Positions 38,965 to 49,051 of a stretch of 64,000 nt of DNA are shown here, one piece after another. The first letter of the stretch is position 1. Each line of letters begins with the position of its first letter. The notes under the pieces were generated by a model. That model saw only the letters and a list, made by a program, of their open reading frames with translations, did not search any database and had not been told where the DNA came from. The position numbers and the translations under genes are program-made. The DNA lies in assembly GCA_050011565.1 (NCBI GenBank), contig JBEKIW010000002.1, forward strand, positions 384,001-448,000. The letters run 5' to 3'. Source of the DNA: Dehalococcoidia bacterium. GTDB taxonomy: Bacteria > Chloroflexota > Dehalococcoidia > GIF9 > UBA5629.

Positions 38965-39008
38965 AAGGGGATTTAAATCCCTCTCAATCTCCCTTTATGA
39001 AAGGGAGA
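38965..39008. repeat. family A palindrome
   Basis: AAATCCCTCTCAATCTCCCTTTATGAAAGGGAGA. Confidence 0.8.
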
Positions 39009-39041
39009 AGTTTAAAACGGCGGGAATACGTAATATTGGCC

Positions 39042-42000
39042 TTAAGTAGGGATAAGGTCGGAAATTGTAGCGGTAGCGACACCAATCGCCGTATCAGCAG
39101 CACCATAGTAAACCAGTAGTTCATTTCCTGAATAGAATATCTCTTTATTATCTTCCCGCGTCACTGCCCCACAGGTAAAAACCACGTTGGGCACCCAGTA
39201 CTTGTCCGTTCCGCCTATTTCAAACTTTTCTGTAGGCTCGAGTATGGGATTGGGTGAACGATAAAGCAGGATTGTTGGATCTGCTACATCAAGCAGCATG
39301 GCTCCTAGCCGGTAGATATGAGCATGGTCAACACCGTGGGTGATGAGCAACCAACCGTACTTAGTCTTTATCGGCTGGGCACCACCGCCAATTTTTGCCC
39401 CGTCCCATGCCATCCCGGAACGCGCCCCGGTCAGTATCTTGTGTTCTCCCCTGGGCCAGGGGCAGCGCAAATGGCGGGAAAAGGTTATCCATATATGTGG
39501 GTCCACCCGGTGAAGCATGGCAAATTTCCCGTTAAAACATTCCGGAAATAGGCTGCCGTCTTTGTCAGCGAACCCGGGGAAGACCAGCCCGTGTCTTCGC
39601 CAGCCTCCCCAGCGATAATTCAAAAAATCACTGACGCTGATAGAAGCCAAAGCAATTTGTGCCAACAGGCCATCATAGGCAGTATAAACCATGTAAATAT
39701 TGTCGCCAATCAGGGTCAACCGGGCGTCTTCACACCCTTTCTCTTCGCTTTTGTCCTTTGGCTCAAATATTGGCTTGTCCAGCCTTTCGGTAAATTTAAA
39801 CCCGTCTTCACTTACCGCCAGCCCAAAACGGGAGATACCCTCATCTCCTACCGCCCGATAGATAAGATAAATCTTGTTCCTCAGGTTTATAGCACCCGGA
39901 TTCAATACATATTTTGATTCCCAGGGGTGCTCCTTGATGGGCTCAAGTATAGGATTACCGGCAAAACGGACTAAGGCTCCTGCTCGGGGGTATTCCGGGG
40001 CGATAATCTGTTCCGGCACTATCTCAACGGCTTCTTCCACTCCACCAAGCAGAATCTTAGCCAGGTCCTCCCATTCCCTGCCCTCCCCCATAAGCTCCAC
40101 AATTTTTTCCTCTATTGCTTCCTCACTGCCTCCCACTGCTTTGAAATACTCGGTGAGGAATTCTCGTGAAACCCAATCCCGCTCCACATGCAGGGAAAGG
40201 GGAGTGGGTACTCTCGTCCCTCCATTAAAGCTGTAACTAGCCCAAGTCCAGGCAGAGCAGGGAATAAAAGTGCCATCAGGGAGTGTCTGGGCAAGGTGGT
40301 AAGAATCAGCCATATCTTTAAGAGTCTCAGCGAGTCTTAAGCGAGAGGCATCTCCACCCGCCTCCTGGGTGATTCGTTGGGCCATCTCCCTCACTCTCTC
40401 AACCAGTACCCGCTGATGCCCATTCTCGAAGATATTGTGGGCGGATAGAGGGTCCCGCCCCCAGTGGCCCCTTAGCGAATTTATCACCTTTTCCCCGAGG
40501 CCTTTCCTTTCCTCAGCAAACCGGTGCCACAGCTTGCCAAACCTCTCGAACTCGACAATGTTCTTGGCAATGGTGGTAAAGTAACGCAACTTGGGGAATT
40601 CTCCACCCATACCCTTGTGCAGGTTGCTAATCACTATTCTTCCGGCAATTTTGCAAAGAGCACTGCTTTCTTTCATATCCATCAGTGAGGGGAATTCTTC
40701 ATTGCTCACCACCAGTGGTCTAAAAGCAGAATATCTGAAGTGTTCAGGGCGGGCGCTCTTTTCTAGCAGCCACCATAACGATTCTATATAATCCTCTTCT
40801 TCAGACCAGGTGGCTAAGACCAGGACAGCGTTAGGCTCATATTCATTAAGCAGTGCCTCGACGTGGCTATAGCCTAGTTTGGTAAGCAGGTTGATAGGAG
40901 GCTGACGTCTTAAAAGCCATGCCGCCATCTCCGGGGTGAGGGCAAAGGTATCATTATGTGGGAAGTAACGGAAGATAGCCTCTACCATCTCCCGCGTTCC
41001 TTCTACAGTGGAGCAGTCCCCGGGCAAGAGAATCTGGTTTAACTGCTCCTCCAACTGGTGCATAAAATTCCTTATTCGCTCCGCAATTTCCGAAGGGCTG
41101 GCATCCCGTGGGGTTTTCAGCTTTTCATAAATAAATTGCTCAAACTCCTCCTTGTGCCTGGAGAAGATGGAGTCATAAATGCCGTTGGCTGTAGCTAATA
41201 TCTTCCCGTCCGGGGCAGTGAGTTCCAGGGGAACCACTAGCGATACGCCGGGAATGAACTCGCGGTAGGTCACCTTAGGCACCGGTGGTTTGATGGCTTC
41301 CTCTCTCATTTTCCAGGCTGCCAGAAAATCCGGCTTCTGGCGGAGGAACTCATCCACCATTTCCCCAATCTCTCGCTCGGCGGCTAATGACGTCAAACTT
41401 TCTGCTTCCGCGGCGGGAAGAGGTGCCAGCTTAGATTTCACAGCTTGCATCTTCAGGGCAAAACTGGCGAGGCAACCCTGATAAAGAGGAATAAGTGAAT
41501 TAAGCAGGTCACCCCTGGCGAATCCTTTACCAAAAGCAAAGGCTAGTAAAAAACGATAGACAATTTGTCCCCACAACCGGGCAGGAAAATCAAAAACTGT
41601 AGTCTCAGTCCGGGACAGTTTGTCCAGTTGTCGGTAGGCTTCTTGAGAGAGAACATTCTCATAAAGTGAATGGAATATATTAAAACCATCTTTATATCTG
41701 GATACCGACATCTGGGGGGTTATTTGCACTTCTCTTGGACGGTGCGTCTTTTTTATACCGAAAGCAGCTAACGGTTCTATTAATGGTGGTTCACCAATGG
41801 CCTTTGTTTCTCTCCACCACTCTCTATCAGATACAATTTGGTCGAATAGCACTCCGGCCAGCCTCCGCAGCACCAGCTCTTCCTTTCCTGGCGTTGAGAC
41901 GTGAATTTTTACACCCAGGTTAGCCTCACAAATCCTAGCCTCGTTGGTGATAGCGGTGGTGGCCAACCAGCTATCTATGCCATAGCCACTAATATCGGTC

Positions 42001-42743
42001 CGCCATAGTTTGTGAGTATCCTTTAAATAGGTTCGTATCAGGCGGTGAGAAATGCCCCACTGTCCCCCTACCATATCGTTAATACGACACTTGTAGATAG
42101 CGGTAAGAATCGGGTAAAAAACGTGACTGGAAATAGGGGACTCAAAGTAATGGCGATTAAATCGAGAGATAACCAGGTCCATCTTCTGCCGCTTAATGGG
42201 TTCAAGGAGCAGTTGAACCCAGTCCGGGGCTAATCCCTCAATCTCTCCGTTTATACTTCGGCTTCTCAGGTCCGCTTCCAGGATAGCCAGATTAGCACCA
42301 AGGCTACGAGCGATTTCGGCAATGGCTCGCAGGCTCCAACCCTTCCCGTTGATCCTTTCATCATTCAGTAAGAAAGCTATCCGGTTGATACCGTCGACAT
42401 GAGGTAAGTTATTTACTACCTCGAGAGCTGCCCCACCGGCTGGAGAGCCAGCTGCCACGATGACACACTTTTCGTCGGGGTAAAATTCCTTCAGCCCTTT
42501 GGTCGCTATCTTTATTACTGAACCGATAGTGTCCGCTTCATTATAGAAGGGAATACCGACCACAATGTCAGCCTCTGCTATTTCTTCCGCTCGGCTTAGC
42601 GGTTCTCGCAGAGCCTCTCTGAAAAGCTCCTCACCCTCCTTAATGGATACCGTTTCCGAAGCGTCTCTACCTGCCTCAGTCTTTAGGCCGGAATCATCTT
42701 CCTTAAAACGATTGGCAACGTTATCCTCAAGGTAATCTGTCAT
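39042..42743 (-). CDS. fusion of a GT-A (glucosylglycerate/mannosylglycerate-synthase-like) domain, an unknown middle region and a GH130 glycoside phosphorylase/hydrolase
   Basis: N-term VVGIPFYNEADTI, GKG, LEADL, YGID.WL; C-term NPILEP, NPGA, GCEDARL, KIGGG, PNVVF.CG, YYGAADT. Confidence 0.85.
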   Translation of the reverse strand: MTDYLEDNVANRFKEDDSGLKTEAGRDASETVSIKEGEELFREALREPLSRAEEIAEADIVVGIPFYNEADTIGSVIKIATKGLKEFYPDEKCVIVAAGSPAGGAALEVVNNLPHVDGINRIAFLLNDERINGKGWSLRAIAEIARSLGANLAILEADLRSRSINGEIEGLAPDWVQLLLEPIKRQKMDLVISRFNRHYFESPISSHVFYPILTAIYKCRINDMVGGQWGISHRLIRTYLKDTHKLWRTDISGYGIDSWLATTAITNEARICEANLGVKIHVSTPGKEELVLRRLAGVLFDQIVSDREWWRETKAIGEPPLIEPLAAFGIKKTHRPREVQITPQMSVSRYKDGFNIFHSLYENVLSQEAYRQLDKLSRTETTVFDFPARLWGQIVYRFLLAFAFGKGFARGDLLNSLIPLYQGCLASFALKMQAVKSKLAPLPAAEAESLTSLAAEREIGEMVDEFLRQKPDFLAAWKMREEAIKPPVPKVTYREFIPGVSLVVPLELTAPDGKILATANGIYDSIFSRHKEEFEQFIYEKLKTPRDASPSEIAERIRNFMHQLEEQLNQILLPGDCSTVEGTREMVEAIFRYFPHNDTFALTPEMAAWLLRRQPPINLLTKLGYSHVEALLNEYEPNAVLVLATWSEEEDYIESLWWLLEKSARPEHFRYSAFRPLVVSNEEFPSLMDMKESSALCKIAGRIVISNLHKGMGGEFPKLRYFTTIAKNIVEFERFGKLWHRFAEERKGLGEKVINSLRGHWGRDPLSAHNIFENGHQRVLVERVREMAQRITQEAGGDASRLRLAETLKDMADSYHLAQTLPDGTFIPCSAWTWASYSFNGGTRVPTPLSLHVERDWVSREFLTEYFKAVGGSEEAIEEKIVELMGEGREWEDLAKILLGGVEEAVEIVPEQIIAPEYPRAGALVRFAGNPILEPIKEHPWESKYVLNPGAINLRNKIYLIYRAVGDEGISRFGLAVSEDGFKFTERLDKPIFEPKDKSEEKGCEDARLTLIGDNIYMVYTAYDGLLAQIALASISVSDFLNYRWGGWRRHGLVFPGFADKDGSLFPECFNGKFAMLHRVDPHIWITFSRHLRCPWPRGEHKILTGARSGMAWDGAKIGGGAQPIKTKYGWLLITHGVDHAHIYRLGAMLLDVADPTILLYRSPNPILEPTEKFEIGGTDKYWVPNVVFTCGAVTREDNKEIFYSGNELLVYYGAADTAIGVATATISDLIPT

Positions 42744-42807
42744 TGCCTACCTCCTGCAAACAGGCGGTTAAAATCGGCTGCTGCTCCAATGGAAGCCGGA
42801 TACACCA

Positions 42808-45072
42808 TCAAAAGTTGAGCCGCGCCAGCAGATATGAAACTGTCGACTCCGCTCCCTGGTTCAAATTGATATACTGCCTCCCGACACCATCATAACACCC
42901 ACCTGTGGTCCGGTCATACATGATGGCCTCTATACTATTGCCCCCCAGAAACCAGTTAAAGGCCCGGTACAACAGTCTTCCGTAATGCTCATCCTTGGTG
43001 ATTGAGTAGCAGGCCTTAAGTGCGTACACCGTGGTCATTACCTCCTCCGGCTGCTGGTCAAAATGATTACGTTTCCCATCCCTGTAATACCAGCCATCCT
43101 GCCCTATCGGTATGTATATCCCTTCACGGAAAGTCTTTTCTACCAGGAAATCAAGAGTAGTTTTCCCAACATCAAGGTATCTGTCTTTCCCTGTGACCCG
43201 ATAAGCCTGGAGCAAAGCCTCCGACAGAAGCGCATTGGAGTAGGTAATATAGCTCTCAAACCATTGCCACTGGGGAGAGCTGGCACTTTCATACAATGAC
43301 AGGAGCTTATCACAATGCTCCCCTAATGCCCCTGTCAAATCGATTCCCTGAATCTCAATATTCTTCTCTAACAAAACGCATAGAGCTTTTATATACCAGG
43401 AGATTGCCCTGGGCGATTGAAACGGGGTGTTCCTCTTAACCTTTTCTTGCAAGATAGTGAGCGCCTTCTCCCTGATCTTTCTCGATATCGAACCGATTGC
43501 CGAAGTCAAAGCCAGGGCATAGAGCGCTCGACTGGTCGCCTCTTCGAGGTTAACCTGACTGTTGAATTTGTCATCCGGAGTCCTATCAAGATTGAAATAG
43601 TTATTGAAGTATCCATCGGCCCTTGAGGCAAGCGAAATAAAGTCAAGATAGATATTTGTCAGCCTCAGTAATTTCTCCCTGTTGGCGATAGACCGGCTGA
43701 GCAGCCCGTGCCGAAGTCTGTCGTAGCAAAGAGTCACTACCATCAGAGCCCGGGCGTTATCATCCACGGTATATCCTGATGTTAAATCAGGCTTTGAAAG
43801 GTCAGCAAATTGAACAATACCAAATCTGTCAGTAAGGCGTACCAGATGGCTAAGTTTGACCCGTGGAAAACTCTTGCGCTCTACTACCTCGACAAGGTCC
43901 GGAGCACATTCAGAGAAGTACTTCGCATACTTGATAGCCACATTCGGCCACGTCCAGCCGCGGGTCTTGAAATAAGCATTCTTGCCGAGGTTAATCTGCC
44001 TGTTTTTATCCCCCAAAAAACTGATGATGGCATCGGTAAAGGCCTGTGGATTCCGGAAATCAACCAGAATGCCAACATCAGGGGTCACATCTTCCTTGGC
44101 CTGGGCAAAGGCAGTCGATATGACAGGCCGCCCCATGCCAAGCGCGTATGAGAGGGTTCCAGAGACTGCCTGGTTCGGGTCGAGCGAGGTAGATATATAT
44201 ATATCCGTTGCCTTTAACATCTGCAATAGCTTCGGCAGCGGGAAGTATTGGTTATACATCTTTACGTGGTCGGCAAGGCCTAGACTGTAGATTTTCTCAA
44301 TGATGGAATTACGATAGGTCTCACCCTCCGTTTTGAGTATATTCGGGTGTGTGGCTCCAAAGATGATGTAGACGAGGTCTTTATATCTTTCGACCACCGC
44401 CGGTAGCGCCTCGATGACATACTCCAGCCCTTTATCCCGGTTCAACATCCCGAATGTCGAGAGAACGGTCTTATCTGAAAAGCCCAGGGCAGCCTTGGCT
44501 CGCTGGCTAGAAGTATAAGCGCCGTCATGGATGCCGTGGGGAATGACCCGAATGCTCTGTTCAGGTATTCCGTAATCCTCAATCAGGATACGTCTGGAAC
44601 GATGTGTCATCGCGGTGATACCATTGACATTGTCCGCCAATAAACGTACCGCATGGCGCAGGTCCTGGGTAGGCTGAGGAATGACAGTGTGAAAGGTAAT
44701 TACCTTGCATTTCGTCAGCGTACTCAGAAAATGAATGATGTTTAGGCCCCAGTCGCCGCCAAAGATACCGAACTCGTGCTGGATATTCACCAGCTTAACA
44801 GCGTCATTCTGGTTCAGTGCCTCGGCAACCCTAACATATTCATCGGGGTTATTCTGGTCTATCTGAAAGATAACCTCCCGACTATAGATATCAGTAACGA
44901 CCTTTTCGACATTCATGGCCACGACCATCGACTTTACCCTCGTTCTAAGCAGATCGTCCATAGCCCGGGTGAGATCCTGAGTAAAGGTGGCAATCCCACA
45001 CTTTCTGGGTGGGAAAGTACCAATGTAGACTATCCGGCAATCGTCCCGCGTCCCCTTATCTAACCGACGCAT
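42808..45072 (-). CDS. GT4 glycosyltransferase with C-terminal glycoside-hydrolase-like helical domain
   Basis: TFPPRKCGIATFT, IQHEFGIFGG, G.THP, QAVSGTLSYA; C-term GYTVDDNARAL, FDQQP, GGCYDG, NQGAEST. Confidence 0.88.
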   Translation of the reverse strand: MRRLDKGTRDDCRIVYIGTFPPRKCGIATFTQDLTRAMDDLLRTRVKSMVVAMNVEKVVTDIYSREVIFQIDQNNPDEYVRVAEALNQNDAVKLVNIQHEFGIFGGDWGLNIIHFLSTLTKCKVITFHTVIPQPTQDLRHAVRLLADNVNGITAMTHRSRRILIEDYGIPEQSIRVIPHGIHDGAYTSSQRAKAALGFSDKTVLSTFGMLNRDKGLEYVIEALPAVVERYKDLVYIIFGATHPNILKTEGETYRNSIIEKIYSLGLADHVKMYNQYFPLPKLLQMLKATDIYISTSLDPNQAVSGTLSYALGMGRPVISTAFAQAKEDVTPDVGILVDFRNPQAFTDAIISFLGDKNRQINLGKNAYFKTRGWTWPNVAIKYAKYFSECAPDLVEVVERKSFPRVKLSHLVRLTDRFGIVQFADLSKPDLTSGYTVDDNARALMVVTLCYDRLRHGLLSRSIANREKLLRLTNIYLDFISLASRADGYFNNYFNLDRTPDDKFNSQVNLEEATSRALYALALTSAIGSISRKIREKALTILQEKVKRNTPFQSPRAISWYIKALCVLLEKNIEIQGIDLTGALGEHCDKLLSLYESASSPQWQWFESYITYSNALLSEALLQAYRVTGKDRYLDVGKTTLDFLVEKTFREGIYIPIGQDGWYYRDGKRNHFDQQPEEVMTTVYALKACYSITKDEHYGRLLYRAFNWFLGGNSIEAIMYDRTTGGCYDGVGRQYINLNQGAESTVSYLLARLNF

Positions 45073-45340
45073 GTTTTCCTTATCATTACCGCCTATTGGA
45101 GGGCCTCCTCTCGCCAATTTATTAAACAATATTTTTTAAATAGCATTTTACCATAAGTTAGCCGATATCCACCGCCAGAGCTACTGAAAGAATATATGGC
45201 TAAGGAGATTGGGGGGTATACGGAACATAGCCTGCACAATACGATGTATTGTTTAGCTTTTATGGTTCAGACGCTTGGTACCGGTCTGCTCGTTTCACAC
45301 TGTACCTCGTTGTAATCGCTGCGGATCGATGCTGAATTTG

Positions 45341-46477
45341 TTATCGCGCAGCAGGCACCGTGTAATCAAAGCCTTTAAGCTTCCGGCGCTCCAGCTTTGC
45401 CTGGAGAATAAGCTCAAGAGCTCGTACCATGGCTGTGTCCGCACTGGTCACAAATGATAACGCATCACCGTTTTTTTCAACCCGTCCGGTGCGGCCGATG
45501 CGGTGAGTGTAGGCATCCGTGGTCTCCGGCATGTCGTAATTGATGACGTGCGAAATACTCAAAACATCAATGCCACGGGCGGCAATGTCGGTCGCCACCA
45601 GGATTTTAACCGAGCCATCGCGAAAGCCATCGATGGCAGCCTGACGCCTGCCCTGAGACAGATCGCCCTGCAACGAGGTGGCTCTGAACCCAGCTCTTTT
45701 CAGTTGCTGCATTACGCGCTCAGTACGATGTTTGGTACGCGTAAAGATAAGTACCGACTCCGTTTCAATGCGCCGTAAGAGTTCTATCAGCAGCGCAGTC
45801 TTGCGATGTTGCTCAACCGGGTACAGCGCGTGTGATACCGTGAGTGCCGGTATTGTCCGGCCGATTTGAACTGTGACCGGATTATGCAGGACATCTTGCA
45901 CCAGACGCCTGATGTCATCAGGCATAGTGGCCGAGAAAAGGAGTGTCTGGCGCTGCGTTAGCAGACACTTCAAAATACTCCGTATGTCCGGCAGAAAGCC
46001 CATGTCAAACATCCGGTCCGCCTCGTCGATTACCAGAACTTCTACATGTGATAAATCGATGGTGCCCCTCCAGATGTGGTCGAGCAGGCGGCCGGGACAG
46101 GCAACAGCTATTTCGACCCCGCGGCGTAGCCCCTGTATTTGCTGCACCATGCTCACCCCGCCATAAATGGCAAGGCTCCGCAGGCCGGTTTGCTGTCCCA
46201 GTTCACCAATAGCCTCGCATGTTTGCTCAGCCAATTCACGCGTGGGTGAGATTATGAGAGCACGGACCTGACCCCTCGGACCCTGCAGCAGACGCTGCAA
46301 GATGGGCAGCACGAAGGCGGCAGTCTTGCCGGTCCCGGTCTGTGCCAGACCAATGACATCGCGTCCCTGCATTATGGGAGGGATGGCTCGAACCTGGATA
46401 GGTGTGGGCGTAGTATAACCGAGCGCTCGCACACCGGACATAACGCTCGGATGAAAATTAAATGCTTCGAAATTCAC
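45341..46477 (-). CDS. DEAD-box RNA helicase (RhlE-like)
   Basis: AQTGTGKT, PTRELA, DEAD, SAT, HRIGRTGR. Confidence 0.96.
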   Translation of the reverse strand: MNFEAFNFHPSVMSGVRALGYTTPTPIQVRAIPPIMQGRDVIGLAQTGTGKTAAFVLPILQRLLQGPRGQVRALIISPTRELAEQTCEAIGELGQQTGLRSLAIYGGVSMVQQIQGLRRGVEIAVACPGRLLDHIWRGTIDLSHVEVLVIDEADRMFDMGFLPDIRSILKCLLTQRQTLLFSATMPDDIRRLVQDVLHNPVTVQIGRTIPALTVSHALYPVEQHRKTALLIELLRRIETESVLIFTRTKHRTERVMQQLKRAGFRATSLQGDLSQGRRQAAIDGFRDGSVKILVATDIAARGIDVLSISHVINYDMPETTDAYTHRIGRTGRVEKNGDALSFVTSADTAMVRALELILQAKLERRKLKGFDYTVPAAR

Positions 46478-46540
46478 TAAAACTCCTTAGAATGTTTATT
46501 TTTAATTGATTTGTGTCCAATTTGAGGCAGGCGATTCAAC

Positions 46541-46870
46541 TTATGCCTGGTATCCCGGCTGTCTTTTTGTATTAAAACGGCGAACTCTCTTTTTATTGAA
46601 GGGCTTCTTGTCTTTCTCGTCGGAAAGGGGAAGAGCCGCGATAACTTCAATTAACCGGCCCCTTATTACTTTACCTTTGAGGCTGAAAACCGCGGCTTCG
46701 CCTTCAGACCTCGAGTCCATTTCAACAAAGCCGTATAGCCGGGGTTGCCTGCTGCCGGCGTACCTGTCAGTTATGAGACTTACAGATTTCACCTGCCCGA
46801 AAACCGAGAATTCTTGCCGAAGCTCATCCTCGGTCAACTCAAGCGGTAAGTTACCTACGTAGATATTCAT
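46541..46870 (-). CDS. RRM-domain RNA-binding protein
   Basis: MNIYVGNL (RNP2), YGFVEM (RNP1). Confidence 0.92.
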   Translation of the reverse strand: MNIYVGNLPLELTEDELRQEFSVFGQVKSVSLITDRYAGSRQPRLYGFVEMDSRSEGEAAVFSLKGKVIRGRLIEVIAALPLSDEKDKKPFNKKRVRRFNTKRQPGYQA

Positions 46871-46922
46871 GTCGTGACCCATTTAAATTACTCTTACTGT
46901 TTGTCCGTCGACGGCATACTTT

Positions 46923-47123
46923 CTAGCGCCCTCCCGGAGGACCCTGCCGCTTTCTCCGCCTGGCGCTGTTTCTGGCTTTTAGTCGGGCAGCGTCTCTCTT
47001 CGACACGAAGTGGAGCTTGGCTTTCGCCTCACGTATGATGCCACTTATCTGAACCTGCTTTTGAAAGCGACGCAGCAGAGCATCCTGGGATTCACCTTGA
47101 TGTATCTTTACTTCTAACGACAT
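46923..47123 (-). CDS. rpsU: 30S ribosomal protein S21 (bS21)
   Basis: V....GES.D.LLRRF.K.V..SGI.RE.K...HF.SK...R.K. Confidence 0.88.
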   Translation of the reverse strand: MSLEVKIHQGESQDALLRRFQKQVQISGIIREAKAKLHFVSKRDAARLKARNSARRRKRQGPPGGR

Positions 47124-47188
47124 AACATATTACCAAATTCCAGCCATAGCATGGTAAACCGGACGTGCACTATGGATTTGAGATGGCA

Positions 47189-47494
47189 CTATCTACTCAG
47201 TCTGACTTTACGGTAGCAATCGCTACAGTACACCGGACTATCGCCACGAGGTTCAAAGGGTAATTCAGTATCCTTGCCGCACTCGGCGCAGGTGGCGGCA
47301 AACATCTGGCGTGGAGCTGTGTAGCTGCTGTTTCCGTTTCCGTTACGCTCTGACTTCCTTGCCTGGCGGCACGGGGGGCAGCGTTTGGGCTCATTAGTAT
47401 AGCCTCTAGATGCGTAAAACTCTTGCTCCCCGGCGCTGAAAGTGAAGCTAGCGGCACAATCGGAACACTGGATGGACTTGTCCTCATAATTCAT
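47189..47494 (-). CDS. double zinc-ribbon protein (zf-trcl plus CxxC-x17-CxxC)
   Basis: CSDC..FTF..GEQEFY..RG..NEPKRC..CR; CAECG...LPFEP....PVYCSDC. Confidence 0.92.
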   Translation of the reverse strand: MNYEDKSIQCSDCAASFTFSAGEQEFYASRGYTNEPKRCPPCRQARKSERNGNGNSSYTAPRQMFAATCAECGKDTELPFEPRGDSPVYCSDCYRKVRLSR

Positions 47495-47495
47495 A

Positions 47496-47637
47496 GGATG
47501 ACTCCTCTCTTCTTAATAGTTGGTTAGAGTTGGGGTCATCCGAGGCTTGAGTAAATCTAATGTAATTTAACTAAGTACGCGGTAACCTAAACTGAAACCA
47601 CTGCTTCTATTGTACGCTAAAGGGGGTGGAATTGCAA
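47496..47637 (-). promoter_or_regulatory. promoter and structured 5' leader of the Zn-ribbon-rpsU-RRM-helicase operon
   Basis: TTGCAA-17-TACAAT (47637..47609); GGATGACCCC pairs with GGAGTCATCC over the SD. Confidence 0.6.
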
Positions 47638-47699
47638 AAGGCGGTACCGGCTTACCGGCAAGAAACATTGCCTGGCTGTCAATTGGGGGCCATCTTAGA

Positions 47700-48950
47700 T
47701 TATCCTATATCCATCCCTCTGGGAATGACTACTATACCGTTATCTGAGATTGTGCAGCCTCTCCTCTTATCTGCCTCAGCGTCATAGCCGATGGATGCTC
47801 CCTTCTGGATTCTAGCTTCCTTGTCGATAATGGCGCGCCTTACTTTGACATCAGGTTCGATAATGACATCATCAAATATAATCGATTCCTCTACCAGAGC
47901 ATTTTTCTCCACGACTACCCCTGGTGATAGTATAGAGCGCTGCACTGCGGCGCCGCTAATGATACAGCCATCGCACACCATAGAGTCCTGCATTGTTCCG
48001 CCGATAACACACTTGCTCGGAGGTAGCGGCCTTTGGAACGTCCTGATTACCCACTTCTCTCCATAGAGGTTAAAGATAGGGTCTACACTCAAGAGGTCCA
48101 TGCTTGCTTCATAGTACGAATCTATGGAGCCAACATCTTTCCAGTAGGACGAATCCCGAGTTCTATCAACCCGAACTTTACTTCTTTTACCGTCCACTAC
48201 TTTGGCTATGAAATCCTCTATCTTGTTCATCTCAGTGAAGTCATAGACGAAGATGTTAGAACCCCTGTCAATCATTCTCGGAATAATGTCTTTGCCGAAG
48301 TCATCACCCCCTCCTTGCACAGCTTTCAACAGGACATCGGTTTTGAAGACATAGATACCCATTGAAGCCAGGGTATAATCCGAAGCATTCGGAATTGCCT
48401 TCGGCTGCGCCGGCTTTTCTTCGAATCCAAACAACTTAAGGTCTTCATCTACTTCGAGGATTCCGAGACTGCCCGCAGCCTGCTCCCTCCTTAATCTGAT
48501 AGCGGATATCGTTAAATCAGCATTCTGTGCTTTGTGATAGGCCAACATTTGAAGATAGTTCATTTTGTAGATTTGGTCACCGGAAAGAATAAAGACGTGC
48601 TCAGCGCCCTTACCCCGCACCAGGTCCAGGTTTTGACGTATGGCGTCGGCGGTACCACGGTACCAATCCTTCCCTATCTTTTGCTGAGCCGGCACACAGT
48701 ATATGTAGTCTCCCAACCCTGAGCTCGAAATGCCCCAACCCTCCTGGATATGCCTCTGTAGCGACGTGGACCTATACTGGATGAGAACAGAAATCTGACG
48801 GATACCTGAGTTAATACAATTGCTCAGCGTGAAATCAATAAGTCGGAATTTGCCACCAAAAGGAACTGCCGGCTTGGACCTCACCCTGGTTAAAGGTTGT
48901 AGCCTCTCCCCTGTGCCTCCAGCCATAATTATCACCGACACATTGTCCAT
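47700..48950 (-). CDS. glgC: glucose-1-phosphate adenylyltransferase
   Basis: [61 protein letters not shown]. Confidence 0.93.
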   Translation of the reverse strand: MDNVSVIIMAGGTGERLQPLTRVRSKPAVPFGGKFRLIDFTLSNCINSGIRQISVLIQYRSTSLQRHIQEGWGISSSGLGDYIYCVPAQQKIGKDWYRGTADAIRQNLDLVRGKGAEHVFILSGDQIYKMNYLQMLAYHKAQNADLTISAIRLRREQAAGSLGILEVDEDLKLFGFEEKPAQPKAIPNASDYTLASMGIYVFKTDVLLKAVQGGGDDFGKDIIPRMIDRGSNIFVYDFTEMNKIEDFIAKVVDGKRSKVRVDRTRDSSYWKDVGSIDSYYEASMDLLSVDPIFNLYGEKWVIRTFQRPLPPSKCVIGGTMQDSMVCDGCIISGAAVQRSILSPGVVVEKNALVEESIIFDDVIIEPDVKVRRAIIDKEARIQKGASIGYDAEADKRRGCTISDNGIVVIPRGMDIG

Positions 48951-49051
48951 TTGATAACCTGCCCCAAATATTTATATCACTTCTTAAGTTAGTCCACAAG
49001 CATCTTCTGATCTTGTAACCGAAAGCAACCACGTTTATTTATATCTTTTGA

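Noticed and set aside
38814-39119. 101-aa ORF from the track
   Set aside because: It runs through a repeat and into the convergent gene; the alternative frame 38795-38944 has the SD
45270-45345. Frameshift truncating the helicase C-terminus
   Set aside because: The diverged copy at 38 kb has its stop at the same position and in the same frame, so the stop is probably genuine
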